Shown one piece after another: positions 1-8,641 of a stretch of 64,000 bases of DNA. Positions within the stretch are counted from its first letter, which is position 1; every line of letters starts with the position of its first letter. The notes under the pieces were generated by a model, which searched no databases, was not told the DNA's origin, and saw only the letters and a program-made list of their open reading frames with translations. The stretch covers positions 377,440-441,439 of the forward strand of contig CAWJQZ010000059.1 of NCBI GenBank assembly GCA_963844945.1. The letters are read 5' to 3'. This DNA comes from an uncultured Chloroflexia bacterium. GTDB lineage: Bacteria > Chloroflexota > Limnocylindria > Limnocylindrales > CSP1-4. The position numbers and the translations under genes were made by a program.

Positions 1-76
1 TGATAAGCCGTGGGTGAGCGGGCGGGGCTACGTTGCCTGGCAGGCCCCGCTCCGCGCGCCCGCTACGTCACCGGTG

Positions 77-1639
77 CTAGTCGGTCGGCGTCGGGGCCTT
101 ATCACCCCCGCTCCAGACCTCATCCGCCCCGACGGGCATGAGTTCATCGGGCAGGACGCTCTGCTCTCCCGCGGGTTCGGCCGACGCTGTTCGGGCGGCA
201 CGCCGATGCGTCACGTTGGCCCCCGTAGCAGGCGGATAGTCGATGCGCTTCCCGGCGAGCAACTCCGCGACTGTCACCAACTGCATCCGCGGGTGCTTGC
301 CCCACGGGGACGTATAGAAGCCCATCGAGGCGGCTTCCTTGTACATGCCCGGGGTCGGCGTGCTGAAGGAGATGAGAACCCCGATTTCTGCCTTCTCGCG
401 GTCGATGACGCCATGCAGGTCCCGGACCTCCGTCATCTTCAGGGTCTTGCCGCCCTTCACACTGAAGATGATCTGCCGAGTCTCGCCACCTACTGAGTCG
501 TGGAAGTAGAGTCGTCCGTCGATGCCGTGGTCGCCGCCCTTCTTGTCGCTTCCCGCGACCCGCGCCCCGACGAGGCCCAGCGCCCACGCCTGAAACTGGA
601 ACTTGTCCTCATCGGCGAGCGCCGCTGCATCGTCTGCCGTCGTCGGCTCGCCGATGATCTTGTACGTAGTGACGATGCCCGCTCCGTAGCGGTCGGCGAG
701 TCGGTTCTTGATGAGGCCGATGGCGAGGTGCGTGATGTCGATCCCAATCCACCGCCGGTCAAGCGCCTGTGCTGCGTCGATGGTGGTGCCGCATCCGCAG
801 AACGGGTCGAGGACAGTGTCGCCCGGCTTGCTGGCGCACTTGATGACCCTTTCCAGGAGCGCCTGCGGCTTCTGGGTCGGGTAGCCGAGTCGTTCCGGCG
901 ACCACGTCTGGAGCGAGTTGATGTCCGTCCACCAATCGGGCATGTGCGCGCCGCGGTCGAGGTCGCGGACGCGACCGTCGATGGAGACGCCGCCCTTCGA
1001 CTTCACAAGAGCCTGGCTCGCCTTGGAGTACGGAACGAACTGCGGGTCGAAGTACGCGGCGTCCGTCTTCGCGTAGAAGAGCAGGACGTCGTGCTTCCGG
1101 GCGAACGCATTCCGCGGGACGCCGCCACCTCGGTAGCACCAGGCAATCTCGTTCCGGAAGAGCGCCGGGGAGAAGATCGAGTCGAGCAGCAACTTCAGGT
1201 AGTGACTGGCCGTCGGGTCACAGTGGAGGAACAAGGACCCGGTTGGCTTCAGGACCCGGTGCAACTCGACCAGACGCGGGGCCATCATCGAGAGGTAGGC
1301 GAGCATGTCCGAGGTCCCGATGAGGGTTCGGAAGGCACGCAAGGCGTTCGCGACGTCGCCTCCGGCCTCGACCGTCTCCTCGTAGGTTCTGGCGGCCTCG
1401 GTGTTCCACTCCCACGTGTCCGTGAACGCCTGCACCTGCGCCGCGGCCTTCGCGCCGTGCTCTTCAAACAGGATGTTGTAGTCCGCGTTTGAGTTGAAGG
1501 GTGGATCGAGGTAGATAAGGTCCACGCTCTTCGCGTCGATGTGACGGCGCAGCACGTCGAGGTTGTCGCCGTAGTACAGAAGGTTGGGCTCGATGGGGGC
1601 CGTAGCAGCGGCTGCCCCGGCCGCGGGCTTCTTGACCAT
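77..1639 (-). CDS. DNA methyltransferase (N4/N6 DPPF family) fused to a C-terminal Mrr-like restriction-endonuclease-fold domain
   Basis: Part of ORF 77..1993(-). ATG at 1639 (MVKKPAAG) was chosen because the 118 upstream codons are Arg/Ala-rich and run across the divergent gene. Motifs: IYLDPPFNSNADYN (catalytic DPPF), VLDPFCGCGTTIDAA (AdoMet motif I), then GGDHGIDGRLYF...FSVKGGK...EIGVLISF (Mrr-like nuclease core). Confidence 0.8.
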   Translation of the reverse strand: MVKKPAAGAAAATAPIEPNLLYYGDNLDVLRRHIDAKSVDLIYLDPPFNSNADYNILFEEHGAKAAAQVQAFTDTWEWNTEAARTYEETVEAGGDVANALRAFRTLIGTSDMLAYLSMMAPRLVELHRVLKPTGSLFLHCDPTASHYLKLLLDSIFSPALFRNEIAWCYRGGGVPRNAFARKHDVLLFYAKTDAAYFDPQFVPYSKASQALVKSKGGVSIDGRVRDLDRGAHMPDWWTDINSLQTWSPERLGYPTQKPQALLERVIKCASKPGDTVLDPFCGCGTTIDAAQALDRRWIGIDITHLAIGLIKNRLADRYGAGIVTTYKIIGEPTTADDAAALADEDKFQFQAWALGLVGARVAGSDKKGGDHGIDGRLYFHDSVGGETRQIIFSVKGGKTLKMTEVRDLHGVIDREKAEIGVLISFSTPTPGMYKEAASMGFYTSPWGKHPRMQLVTVAELLAGKRIDYPPATGANVTHRRAARTASAEPAGEQSVLPDELMPVGADEVWSGGDKAPTPTD

Positions 1640-1678
1640 GTGCGGATGGTAGCGAGCGTGCGAAGGCATCATTAGCCC

Positions 1679-1954
1679 ATGACGGACGAGCTCTCGCCTG
1701 CCGACGAGCTGGAGTTGCTGCGACGCCGTGCGGCCGACGACGAACAGCGTCGCAACGCACGCATGAATGACCTGCTCCGTGCGGACTATCGCCGGACGAA
1801 GGGCGAACAGGCCGGCGTTCTGAGGCCGACCCGCGACGAGGTCGAGGCCAAGCGAGCCGAGTTGATCGCGGCGGGCCTCCCTCACGGCCTCCGACCGCTG
1901 GCGAGGGCGCTCAACGTCTCGGTCGGCACGGTGCGCCGCCGGCTCGCGAAATAG
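1679..1954 (+). CDS. Small HTH protein, possible controller/regulator divergent from the methyltransferase
   Basis: 91-aa ORF 40 bp from the methylase start on the opposite strand. C-terminal helix-turn-helix-like segment LRPLARALNVSVGTVRRRLAK. Confidence 0.5.
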   Translation: MTDELSPADELELLRRRAADDEQRRNARMNDLLRADYRRTKGEQAGVLRPTRDEVEAKRAELIAAGLPHGLRPLARALNVSVGTVRRRLAK

Positions 1955-2048
1955 GCACACGGCACATCTAGCGGCACACCCCCCGGCACACACGACCCTC
2001 TGGCCGGGAGCCGGCGCTCACGACGCCGGCCGCGAGCCGGAGGTCACC

Positions 2049-2570
2049 GTGACCACAACCATGAGTCCGGGCGGGACGGCCGCCCCCGAGAGGACGGGCG
2101 AAGCGCCCGGCCTCACCGTCCGGGAGTTCGTCGACTGGGTCAGGTCGGGGTTCGTCTCGACGGCACTTGTCACGGCCACCGCGCGGGACCAGTACGGCCA
2201 GGGCGTGACCGTCAAAGACCTCACGGACGCGCAGCGGGCGCTACTGAAGGCAGCCGTCCTGCGCCGGCTGGCAGACGGCTATTCCCCGCTCCCTGCTGTC
2301 CCGGTCGTTCAGCGCCCCGACCCGGAGTGGGACGGGTCCTGCGATTGGTGTGGCCGACGACCGGTGCGCTGCGCATGCGACAGGTACCCGCATCCGCGTT
2401 GCCATCGCTGCGACGGCTTCAGTTGGGAGTCGGACGCTCACGAACTCTGGCGCGCCAACATGCCGCACGACCCGGAGGCCCTGACGCGCTACTACGCCGG
2501 ACGCGGGACGTGGTGCAAGTACGAGTCTCAGTACCTCAGCGCGGAGGCTCGCAAGGCTCGCACTCGCTGA
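2049..2570 (+). CDS. Hypothetical Cys/His-rich protein (island gene)
   Basis: 173-aa ORF with a GTG start 4 nt after GGAGGT. Protein-like composition with a metal-binding-looking cluster CDWCGRRPVRCACDRYPHPRCHRCDG. Confidence 0.55.
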   Translation: MTTTMSPGGTAAPERTGEAPGLTVREFVDWVRSGFVSTALVTATARDQYGQGVTVKDLTDAQRALLKAAVLRRLADGYSPLPAVPVVQRPDPEWDGSCDWCGRRPVRCACDRYPHPRCHRCDGFSWESDAHELWRANMPHDPEALTRYYAGRGTWCKYESQYLSAEARKARTR

Positions 2571-2792
2571 CCTGCCAGCCGGTATCTTGTGCGCGGAATA
2601 GCACGCGTGTTTCAATTCTCACAGCGGCGTAGCAGGTCCCCGGCACCGATCGGGGAAACCCCCCGCCGTCACGGCACCGAGTGGCGCAACGCGCACCGCA
2701 GCGCGAGGCGAAGAAGGGCCGGGTCACCGGGGCGCGAGCCCACGGCACCAAGGTTGAAAACCCAGCGGGGTCTTTCGACCTTGGGCTGAAAC

Positions 2793-3107
2793 GTGAAAGC
2801 TCCCGCACCGGCCTCTCCACCGGCGACCCTCTCCCTTGCCTCTGATCCGGCGCTCTCGCCGGAGACCCGCGACCTCCTCCGCCGCGTCGCCACCGCCCTC
2901 GCTGACGCCGCCGCGTCCGCACCAAGTCCGCCGCTGGTCCACGACGGCGACTGCGGTGCCCGCGCGTACTGCCCGCGTTGCCCGGACCGTCCGACCTGCG
3001 GGCTGGAGTTGCTACCGAACGGCGACCTGCTCGTCCGCTGCTGCCTTCGGAAGACCCTCCGACCGGGCGACCGCGATTACGCCGAGTTCCGGCAGGCGTT
3101 CCCGTGA
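2793..3107 (+). CDS. Hypothetical Cys-rich protein
   Basis: 104-aa ORF containing DGDCGARAYCPRCPDRPTCG...VRCC. Its TGA (3105-3107) overlaps the GTG (3104) of the next gene, giving GTGA coupling. Confidence 0.4.
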   Translation: MKAPAPASPPATLSLASDPALSPETRDLLRRVATALADAAASAPSPPLVHDGDCGARAYCPRCPDRPTCGLELLPNGDLLVRCCLRKTLRPGDRDYAEFRQAFP

Positions 3108-4471
3108 GCGGTCCGCTGACCGAGGGGGAGGTCTGGGCGCTCGCGTCCGACCCGGACGGCGCCGTCGCGGAGCCGCCGGGGACGACGGACTTCCGCCAAC
3201 TCGGGTTCGGGACGTACGAGTTGGTGGTCCCCGGCAAGGGGGTTCGGATCGTCCTGGCCAACGTCACCCGGACCCGGGACGGGCTCCGGGCGGAGGTGTC
3301 GGCGTTCTCGTCGGCGCCCGGTGCCCGCACCGTCCCCTCGGTGCCGGGTCTGGTCCTGTACGAGCACCTCAACCTGCTCTCGGGCAGCACCCGCGCCAGC
3401 CTCGTGAAGCGCCTGTCGGAGCGCGCCGGCTCGGTAGATGTGGACTGGGCGGCGCTGGTGGACGAGTGTGTCCACGCGACCCTCCAGGCGCACAGCGCGG
3501 GGGCGCCCGTCGTGGCCCTGGCGGACCTCCCGCCCCGGCTGGACCCAGGGCCGCGCATCGATCCCATCCTCCCGGCGGAGACGGCCATCATCCTGTTCGG
3601 CGCCGGTGGGACGGGCAAGAGCACTCTGGCGGCGGCCGTCGGCGTGTCGGTCGCTTCTGGCGCCGTGGTGGTCCCCGGGTGGGTTCCCCGCAAGGCCCCC
3701 GTCCTCCTGCTCGATTGGGAGGAAGAGGACTACATCGCGAAGGAGCGCGCGGCGGCGATCGCGCGCGGCGCCTACCTCCCTGAGTTCCCGCGCGACCTCT
3801 TGTACCGCCGGATGGCGGGGCGTCTGGCGGACGAGGCCGAGGTAGTCGCCCGTCTGGTCGCCGAGCACGGCATCGGGCTCCTGGTCGTCGACTCGGTCGG
3901 CGCCGCCATGGGATCGGTCGGAGAGGGAGACCAGGCCGACTCGGCCAACCGCCTGTTCGACGCGGTACGCCACATCGGCACCTCGACGCTGCTGGTCGAC
4001 CACGTCGCTGGCGAGAACATCAGCAAGCGCGACGTCCGCAAGCCGTACGGGTCGGTCTACAAGGAGAACCGGAGCCGGGGGACCTTCCACGTCGCCTGCA
4101 CCTCCGTGGACGACGACGCGTCCCGCGTGCTGGTCGTGGCCAACGCAAAGCCACTGGCGTCCCGGGCGCAGTTGGCCCCGGTCGGGCTCCGTCTTTCGTA
4201 CGGCGCCGACAGCATCGTCTTCTCCGAGGAGGTGGTGCCGGACGCGCCCGGAGGAGACCGGGGGCCGACGTTCGCGGAGCGGCTTGCCAACCTGCTGGCC
4301 CACCACGGGCCGTCCGAGGCAGCCTTCCTCGCCCGCGAGGCCGGGACGACACCCAACAACGTCCGGAACGTCCTCTCTCGACACAAGGACCTGTTCCTCC
4401 CGCGGCCGGCGCCGCCCGGAGCGCCCACGGTCTGGGCACTGCGCGACGTTCCCGAGGAGGACCTGCCGTGA
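3104..4471 (+). CDS. RecA-fold AAA ATPase, RepA/AAA_25-like (island replication/helicase-type protein)
   Basis: In frame within ORF 2978..4471. Walker A FGAGGTGKSTLAAA, Walker B-like GLLVVDSVGAAMG, then LLVDHVAGE, as in plasmid/island RepA-like proteins. GTG at 3104 is coupled to the upstream stop. Confidence 0.75.
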   Translation: MSGPLTEGEVWALASDPDGAVAEPPGTTDFRQLGFGTYELVVPGKGVRIVLANVTRTRDGLRAEVSAFSSAPGARTVPSVPGLVLYEHLNLLSGSTRASLVKRLSERAGSVDVDWAALVDECVHATLQAHSAGAPVVALADLPPRLDPGPRIDPILPAETAIILFGAGGTGKSTLAAAVGVSVASGAVVVPGWVPRKAPVLLLDWEEEDYIAKERAAAIARGAYLPEFPRDLLYRRMAGRLADEAEVVARLVAEHGIGLLVVDSVGAAMGSVGEGDQADSANRLFDAVRHIGTSTLLVDHVAGENISKRDVRKPYGSVYKENRSRGTFHVACTSVDDDASRVLVVANAKPLASRAQLAPVGLRLSYGADSIVFSEEVVPDAPGGDRGPTFAERLANLLAHHGPSEAAFLAREAGTTPNNVRNVLSRHKDLFLPRPAPPGAPTVWALRDVPEEDLP

Positions 4472-4634
4472 CAGATCGCACCAATCGCACCACCCAGGGC
4501 GCACCGGTGCGATTCCGGGCACTTGGAGGGGGGCGCACCACACCCACCGCACCAGGGGGGTCCTTTCCCCTGGTGCGTGGTGCGCCCTCCGTGCTGGTGC
4601 GCCGTCCGGGAAGAGGAGGAGAGGAGGAGCACCC

Positions 4635-4751
4635 GTGAGTCCCGAGTTCGTCGTCGCGTTCTTCGTGGGAGCGGCCGCGTGGCTCGCCGGGGAGGTCGTT
4701 CTCCGGGCAGGGTCCCGCGTCCGCCAGCAGAGCAAGGAGAAGACCAAGTGA
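4635..4751 (+). CDS. Small (38 aa) predicted membrane protein
   Basis: GTG at 4635 preceded by GAGGAGGAG. Hydrophobic helix VSPEFVVAFFVGAAAWLAGEVVL. The stop overlaps the GTG of the next gene (GTGA). Confidence 0.35.
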   Translation: MSPEFVVAFFVGAAAWLAGEVVLRAGSRVRQQSKEKTK

Positions 4752-5578
4752 GCCGCAACACGACGTTCAGTCAGACAAAGCCGCTGTTCGCCGGGCACGA
4801 CGCCGGGCACTACGACCTGCCCGCGTCCCTGCTGGCCCACCGCTCCGGTCTGGGAGTCCTCCGCGACGCGCTCCGGAAGGCGCAGGAGGACGAGGCCCGC
4901 TTCAACCCGGCTGACATCAGGCAGCGCCTCGCGGACGAGTTGGGGGAGTCGGCCCGCGCTGGCGCCCTGCCGGCGGGCTGGGTCGAGCGCTGGTTCGCGG
5001 TCGCCGGCGAGCAGTCCCGGGCGGCGGCAGAGGCGTCCATCCTGTCCGACGCGATCGCGGAGGCCGAGAACGACCTCGTCAACGCGGTCCGCGAGACGGC
5101 AGACGTCGTCATCGTGACCTGCCTCCGCCCGGTGCTCGGCGGCGTCCTTGCCACGGTGCGGGATCGCGCGGCGAAGACGCCGAACGTCCCGTGGGACCAG
5201 CCGCGGCTGCTGGCCCGCGAGTCTCCGGCGGTCCGGGAGACCTTCCGGATGGTCGAGGACGCGAACGAGCGGTACGGCGCACTCCGTCACGCCCAGCACG
5301 CCCTCCGGCTCGTCACCGGGTCGCCCTCCGAGGAGGCGTGGGAACTCCACGAGCTCCGGAACATGCCCGAGGTCTGGCCCGGGCGCGTGTTCACGGGACC
5401 GAAGGTGCCGCCGTGGCCGGAGAACCCGCTCGCACGTCTGGTCTGGCTCGCGTCCCAGCCGGGTATCTGGCTCCCGACCGGACGTGAATGCAACGACGAG
5501 TACGCCGCGTGGCAGAGCGGTCGCGCCCGCCTGCAGAACCGGGACGCGCTGTTCGGGGTGTACCCGGGTCCCGCCTGA
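4748..5578 (+). CDS. Hypothetical protein (island gene)
   Basis: In-frame part of ORF 4523..5578 starting at GTG 4748, coupled to the upstream stop. Balanced, protein-like composition and no recognisable motif. Confidence 0.55.
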   Translation: MSRNTTFSQTKPLFAGHDAGHYDLPASLLAHRSGLGVLRDALRKAQEDEARFNPADIRQRLADELGESARAGALPAGWVERWFAVAGEQSRAAAEASILSDAIAEAENDLVNAVRETADVVIVTCLRPVLGGVLATVRDRAAKTPNVPWDQPRLLARESPAVRETFRMVEDANERYGALRHAQHALRLVTGSPSEEAWELHELRNMPEVWPGRVFTGPKVPPWPENPLARLVWLASQPGIWLPTGRECNDEYAAWQSGRARLQNRDALFGVYPGPA

Positions 5579-5669
5579 TCACATCAGCCGGCGGCTTCCC
5601 GTGGTCGTCGGCGGGGGGAGGGGAGGCGCGTACGGCCGTCTCCTCTCCTCCGAATCACAAGGAGCAGCG

Positions 5670-6014
5670 ATGACGAACCGCATCGAGTGTCACAACCGGG
5701 CCGGCGACGTGGTCGCCGTGGCCCTCGTGGACGACGCGGACTACGACCGGCTGTCCCGATACCGCTGGTCGCTGTCGGGCCGGGCACGACCGCGCCGAGC
5801 GGAGCGTCTGCCGGGCGGCCGTCAGCGGGCGATCTTCCTCTCCCGATCCGTCGTCGGCGTCCCTCCGGGCGATCCGCGGCAGGTCTGGCACGTCAACGGC
5901 GACTCGCTCGACTGCCGCCGGTCGAACCTCACGGTCGTCGACCCCGCGCTACTCCGCCGGCGCCCGTCACTCCTCACGCACGCACGCGCGACCACCCAGG
6001 AGGAAGCCCGATGA
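5670..6014 (+). CDS. HNH endonuclease (phage-type HNH_3-like)
   Basis: ATG 5670 preceded by AAGGAG. C-terminal motif QVWHVNGDSLDCRRSNLTVV resembles the V(D/W)HxNGDxLDNRRSNL core of phage HNH endonucleases. Confidence 0.65.
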   Translation: MTNRIECHNRAGDVVAVALVDDADYDRLSRYRWSLSGRARPRRAERLPGGRQRAIFLSRSVVGVPPGDPRQVWHVNGDSLDCRRSNLTVVDPALLRRRPSLLTHARATTQEEAR

Positions 6015-6472
6015 GCGACGTCACGAACGACAAGACGAAGGTGGTGTACCTGCTCGCCCTCTCCGCCGGGCACAGCAAGAAGGCCGCCGCCGGGAAGGCC
6101 GGCGTGACCTACCGGACGGTCTGCCGCTGGCAGGCGGAGCACGAGGGGTTCGCGGAGGCGGTCGAGGTCGCATCGGGGCAAGGGCGGGGCATCTACGAGG
6201 AACTGCTCCGACAGGCGGCCGAGAAGGACTGGCGGGCCGCGCTCGCGGCCTACGAGGTCATCTACCTGGGTGGCGTCCGCGCGAAGGGCTCCGCCGAGCA
6301 GGAGCCGGCGCCGGACGCGCCTGCCGTCGTCCCGTTCGCGGGAGTCACCCCCGAACAGGCGGCCGCTCGCGCAGACGAGGTCTTGGCGATCCTCCGCAAG
6401 GCGAAGGGCTCCGACGAGGCTGTCCGCGACACGCTGGCGCACAACCTCACGCAGCAGCGGAGCGGCCAGTAG
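6011..6472 (+). CDS. HTH DNA-binding protein, phage small-terminase-like
   Basis: ATG 6011 overlaps the HNH stop (ATGA). N-terminal HTH KKAAAGKAGVTYRTVCRWQAEHEGFAEAVE, typical of small terminase / phage HTH proteins. The call is by resemblance only. Confidence 0.45.
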   Translation: MSDVTNDKTKVVYLLALSAGHSKKAAAGKAGVTYRTVCRWQAEHEGFAEAVEVASGQGRGIYEELLRQAAEKDWRAALAAYEVIYLGGVRAKGSAEQEPAPDAPAVVPFAGVTPEQAAARADEVLAILRKAKGSDEAVRDTLAHNLTQQRSGQ

Positions 6473-6618
6473 GTGCGCCGTTTGCTCGTACAGGGCTCCA
6501 GAGTCCCGCGAGCCCCCAGCGCCGGCGCATGCTGCCTGGCAATGGTGCAGCAAGATTCGTGCGTGTTTCCCTCGTCCCGATGGGGCCGCGTGGCCCCGAA
6601 GGTGGAAGGAGCACGACG

Positions 6619-6777
6619 GTGACGACGCGCAAGACGACGCCGAAGCCCGAGCCGGCGGCGACCCGCCCGCCCTGCCTCTGCGGGTGCGGCGGCTTCCCGG
6701 CAGGCAAGAAGAGCCGGTTCATCCCCGGGCACGACGCCCGATACCACTCGGCGCTCCGCAAGGCGGCGCAGGGGTGA
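6619..6777 (+). CDS. Small Cys-containing protein (52 aa)
   Basis: GTG 6619 after GGAAGGAG. Sequence PPCLCGCGGFPAGKKSRFIPGHDARYH looks like a small zinc-binding phage/island protein. Confidence 0.4.
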   Translation: MTTRKTTPKPEPAATRPPCLCGCGGFPAGKKSRFIPGHDARYHSALRKAAQG

Positions 6778-6902
6778 CACGTCGTCCCGGTCCTCCGAGC
6801 CCTTCGGACGGCCGCGATCGGGCGGGGCGGTCCTCGGGGCGGCCTCCAGCCCCTCCGGCCAAGGGAAGTACCACGGAGACGCTTCCGGAACGCTTGGAGC
6901 GG

Positions 6903-7088
6903 GTGCTCGCTCGCGCGGAGATGCGGAGGGAGCGTCGCGCAGTCGGCTGCGTGTTTGGGCAGCCACCCCCGGGCGACCCCTGGTACCGCGCCCTGCACCT
7001 AGAGAACGAGGCCGGCGCGTTGGCAACGAGGCTCCGCCGGCTGCTGGATGACCCGCGGACGTGGCGGGAGGAGGAACCGGACAGGTGA
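6903..7088 (+). CDS. Small hypothetical protein immediately upstream of the recombinase (possible directionality factor)
   Basis: Tail of ORF 6270..7088. Candidate starts are GTG 6903 or ATG 6921, and the stop overlaps the recombinase GTG (GTGA). There is no motif support. Confidence 0.3.
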   Translation: MLARAEMRRERRAVGCVFGQPPPGDPWYRALHLENEAGALATRLRRLLDDPRTWREEEPDR

Positions 7089-8641
7089 GTGGCCACTACC
7101 TCATCTACATCCGTCGTTCGTACAAGGAGGCGTCGGCCGCCGACGTCTCCGACGAGACCCAAGAGGCCGTCGCCCGGTCCCTGCTGCCGAAGGACGCGAC
7201 CTGCGAGGTCATCAGCGACTCCGGGGGCCACAACTCCGGGGCCACGGACGACCGCGAGGGCTACCGGCGTCTCATCGCTCGCGTCCGGGAGGGCGGGATC
7301 GCTGGCATCGCCGTCTACGACCTCTCGCGGCTAGCCCGGAACGTGCGGCTCATGGTCAACCTCAAGGACGAGTTGGAGCGCCAGCAGGTCGCCATCCTCG
7401 CCGGGAACCTGCCGACCACCAAGACCGACAGCGCGGTCGGGCGGTTCATGTTCAACATGCTCGTCTCGGCGGCCCAGTTCCAGCGCGACCTCACATCTGA
7501 ACAGATGAAGACCCAGGCCGAGCGGACGTTCCTCCGGGGAGGCCACCGAGGCAACGACCCGCTCGGCTACCGGACCGCTCGGGACGCCGACGGCACGGTC
7601 TGCAAGCCCCGACGGCTCGTCGTGGTTCCCGAGGAGGCGGCGGTCGTCCGACGGGTGTTCCACCTGTTGCGGGACATGCCGTTCTCCGAGATCGCCGCTC
7701 TGCTCAACTCCGAGGGGGTCCGGCGCCGCTCGTCGTCACCGTGGACGGTCGACGCCGTGAAGGACATCTGGCGTCGGCGTGAGGTCTACCGGGGGAACGT
7801 GGTTACCAAGCGCGGGCTCGTGATTTGCACGCCGGCCGAGGCGGAGGTCGTCGCCTTCCATGAGCCCATCCTGTCGGAGCAGGAGGTCCGGGACGCGACC
7901 GCCGGCGTCGACGCCCGTGTTCGCCACCGGGCGCGCAAGCCACGCAACGCCAAGCGGTTGTACGCCCTCCGGGGGACGGTCTTCTGCGAGTGCGGCGCCC
8001 GCATGCGCGGGGACGCCCGCATGAACCGCGGCAAGACGTGGCGCTACTACGCGTGCCCGGCCGCGGAGGGGCGGTCGACGCTCCGGGACGCCGACGGCAA
8101 CCTTGTGGCGTGTGATGCCCACCGGGTTGTGGCGCTCGACGCGGAGCGCGTCGTAGTCGACGCGATGCTGGAGGCCGTGCTGCCGGCGGAGGCGATCGAC
8201 CGGGCCAACGAAGAACTGCGGCGTCGGCTCGCCGCGCCCGCGCCCGGGACGTCAGACAAGACCAGAGAGCGGCTACGCGGTCGGCTGGGGCGGCTCGCCG
8301 ACCTGTACGCGTGGGGCGACCTGTCCGAGGCCGACTATCGCAAGCAGAAGGCCGAAGTGGAGGGCGCGCTCGCCGCCCTACCGGGTGAGAGCGACAAGGT
8401 CGTGCTGTTCGACCGCCACCGGCGGGTCGTGGGGTCCCTGGCAGACACGCTCGCGGACGCGACGCCGGAGGCCGTGCAGGAGTTCGTGGCGCTGCTCGTG
8501 GAGCGCGTCGAAATCAGGGACCGTCAGGTCGTGCGAGTCGAGTGGGCCGCGCCGGCGCGCCCGTTCTTCGCCTCCGAGGCTTGGGTGCGGGACTGCGCTG
8601 GTCTGGCGCGCCCGGAGGGATTCGAACCCCCGACCGTCTGA
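7085..8641 (+). CDS. Large serine recombinase (integrase)
   Basis: GTG 7085 after GGGAGGAGGAA. Resolvase catalytic N-terminus YLIYIRRSYKE...AVYDLSRLARN, a recombinase domain, a zinc ribbon CECGARMRGD...YYACP, and a coiled-coil C-terminus. The last 38 nt lie inside tRNA-Arg. Confidence 0.9.
   Translation: MSGHYLIYIRRSYKEASAADVSDETQEAVARSLLPKDATCEVISDSGGHNSGATDDREGYRRLIARVREGGIAGIAVYDLSRLARNVRLMVNLKDELERQQVAILAGNLPTTKTDSAVGRFMFNMLVSAAQFQRDLTSEQMKTQAERTFLRGGHRGNDPLGYRTARDADGTVCKPRRLVVVPEEAAVVRRVFHLLRDMPFSEIAALLNSEGVRRRSSSPWTVDAVKDIWRRREVYRGNVVTKRGLVICTPAEAEVVAFHEPILSEQEVRDATAGVDARVRHRARKPRNAKRLYALRGTVFCECGARMRGDARMNRGKTWRYYACPAAEGRSTLRDADGNLVACDAHRVVALDAERVVVDAMLEAVLPAEAIDRANEELRRRLAAPAPGTSDKTRERLRGRLGRLADLYAWGDLSEADYRKQKAEVEGALAALPGESDKVVLFDRHRRVVGSLADTLADATPEAVQEFVALLVERVEIRDRQVVRVEWAAPARPFFASEAWVRDCAGLARPEGFEPPTV

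Noticed and set aside
14-496. 160-aa plus-strand ORF at the left edge
   Set aside because: It lies antisense to the well-supported C-terminal (Mrr-like) part of the methyltransferase gene and has a junk-like composition.
3077-5350. Very long antisense or out-of-frame ORFs in the supplied track. Examples: 3077..5350(-) 757 aa, 9963..12302(-) 779 aa, 33225..35693(+) 822 aa, 37453..40404(+) 983 aa, 41820..44657(-) 945 aa, 47106..49307(-) 733 aa, 40340..42820(-) 826 aa.
   Set aside because: All are extremely Arg/Pro/Gly/Ala-rich with no motifs. Each lies opposite to, or out of frame with, genes that carry clear conserved motifs. Stop-poor alternative frames are expected at this GC content.
1-8603. 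A second copy of the tRNA-Arg 3' segment within the window that would mark the other island boundary
   Set aside because: I scanned the intergenic regions (1-76, 1640-1678, 1955-2048, 2571-2792, 4472-4634, 5579-5669, 6473-6618) by eye and saw no match. The boundary is probably left of the window. A proper repeat search is still needed.
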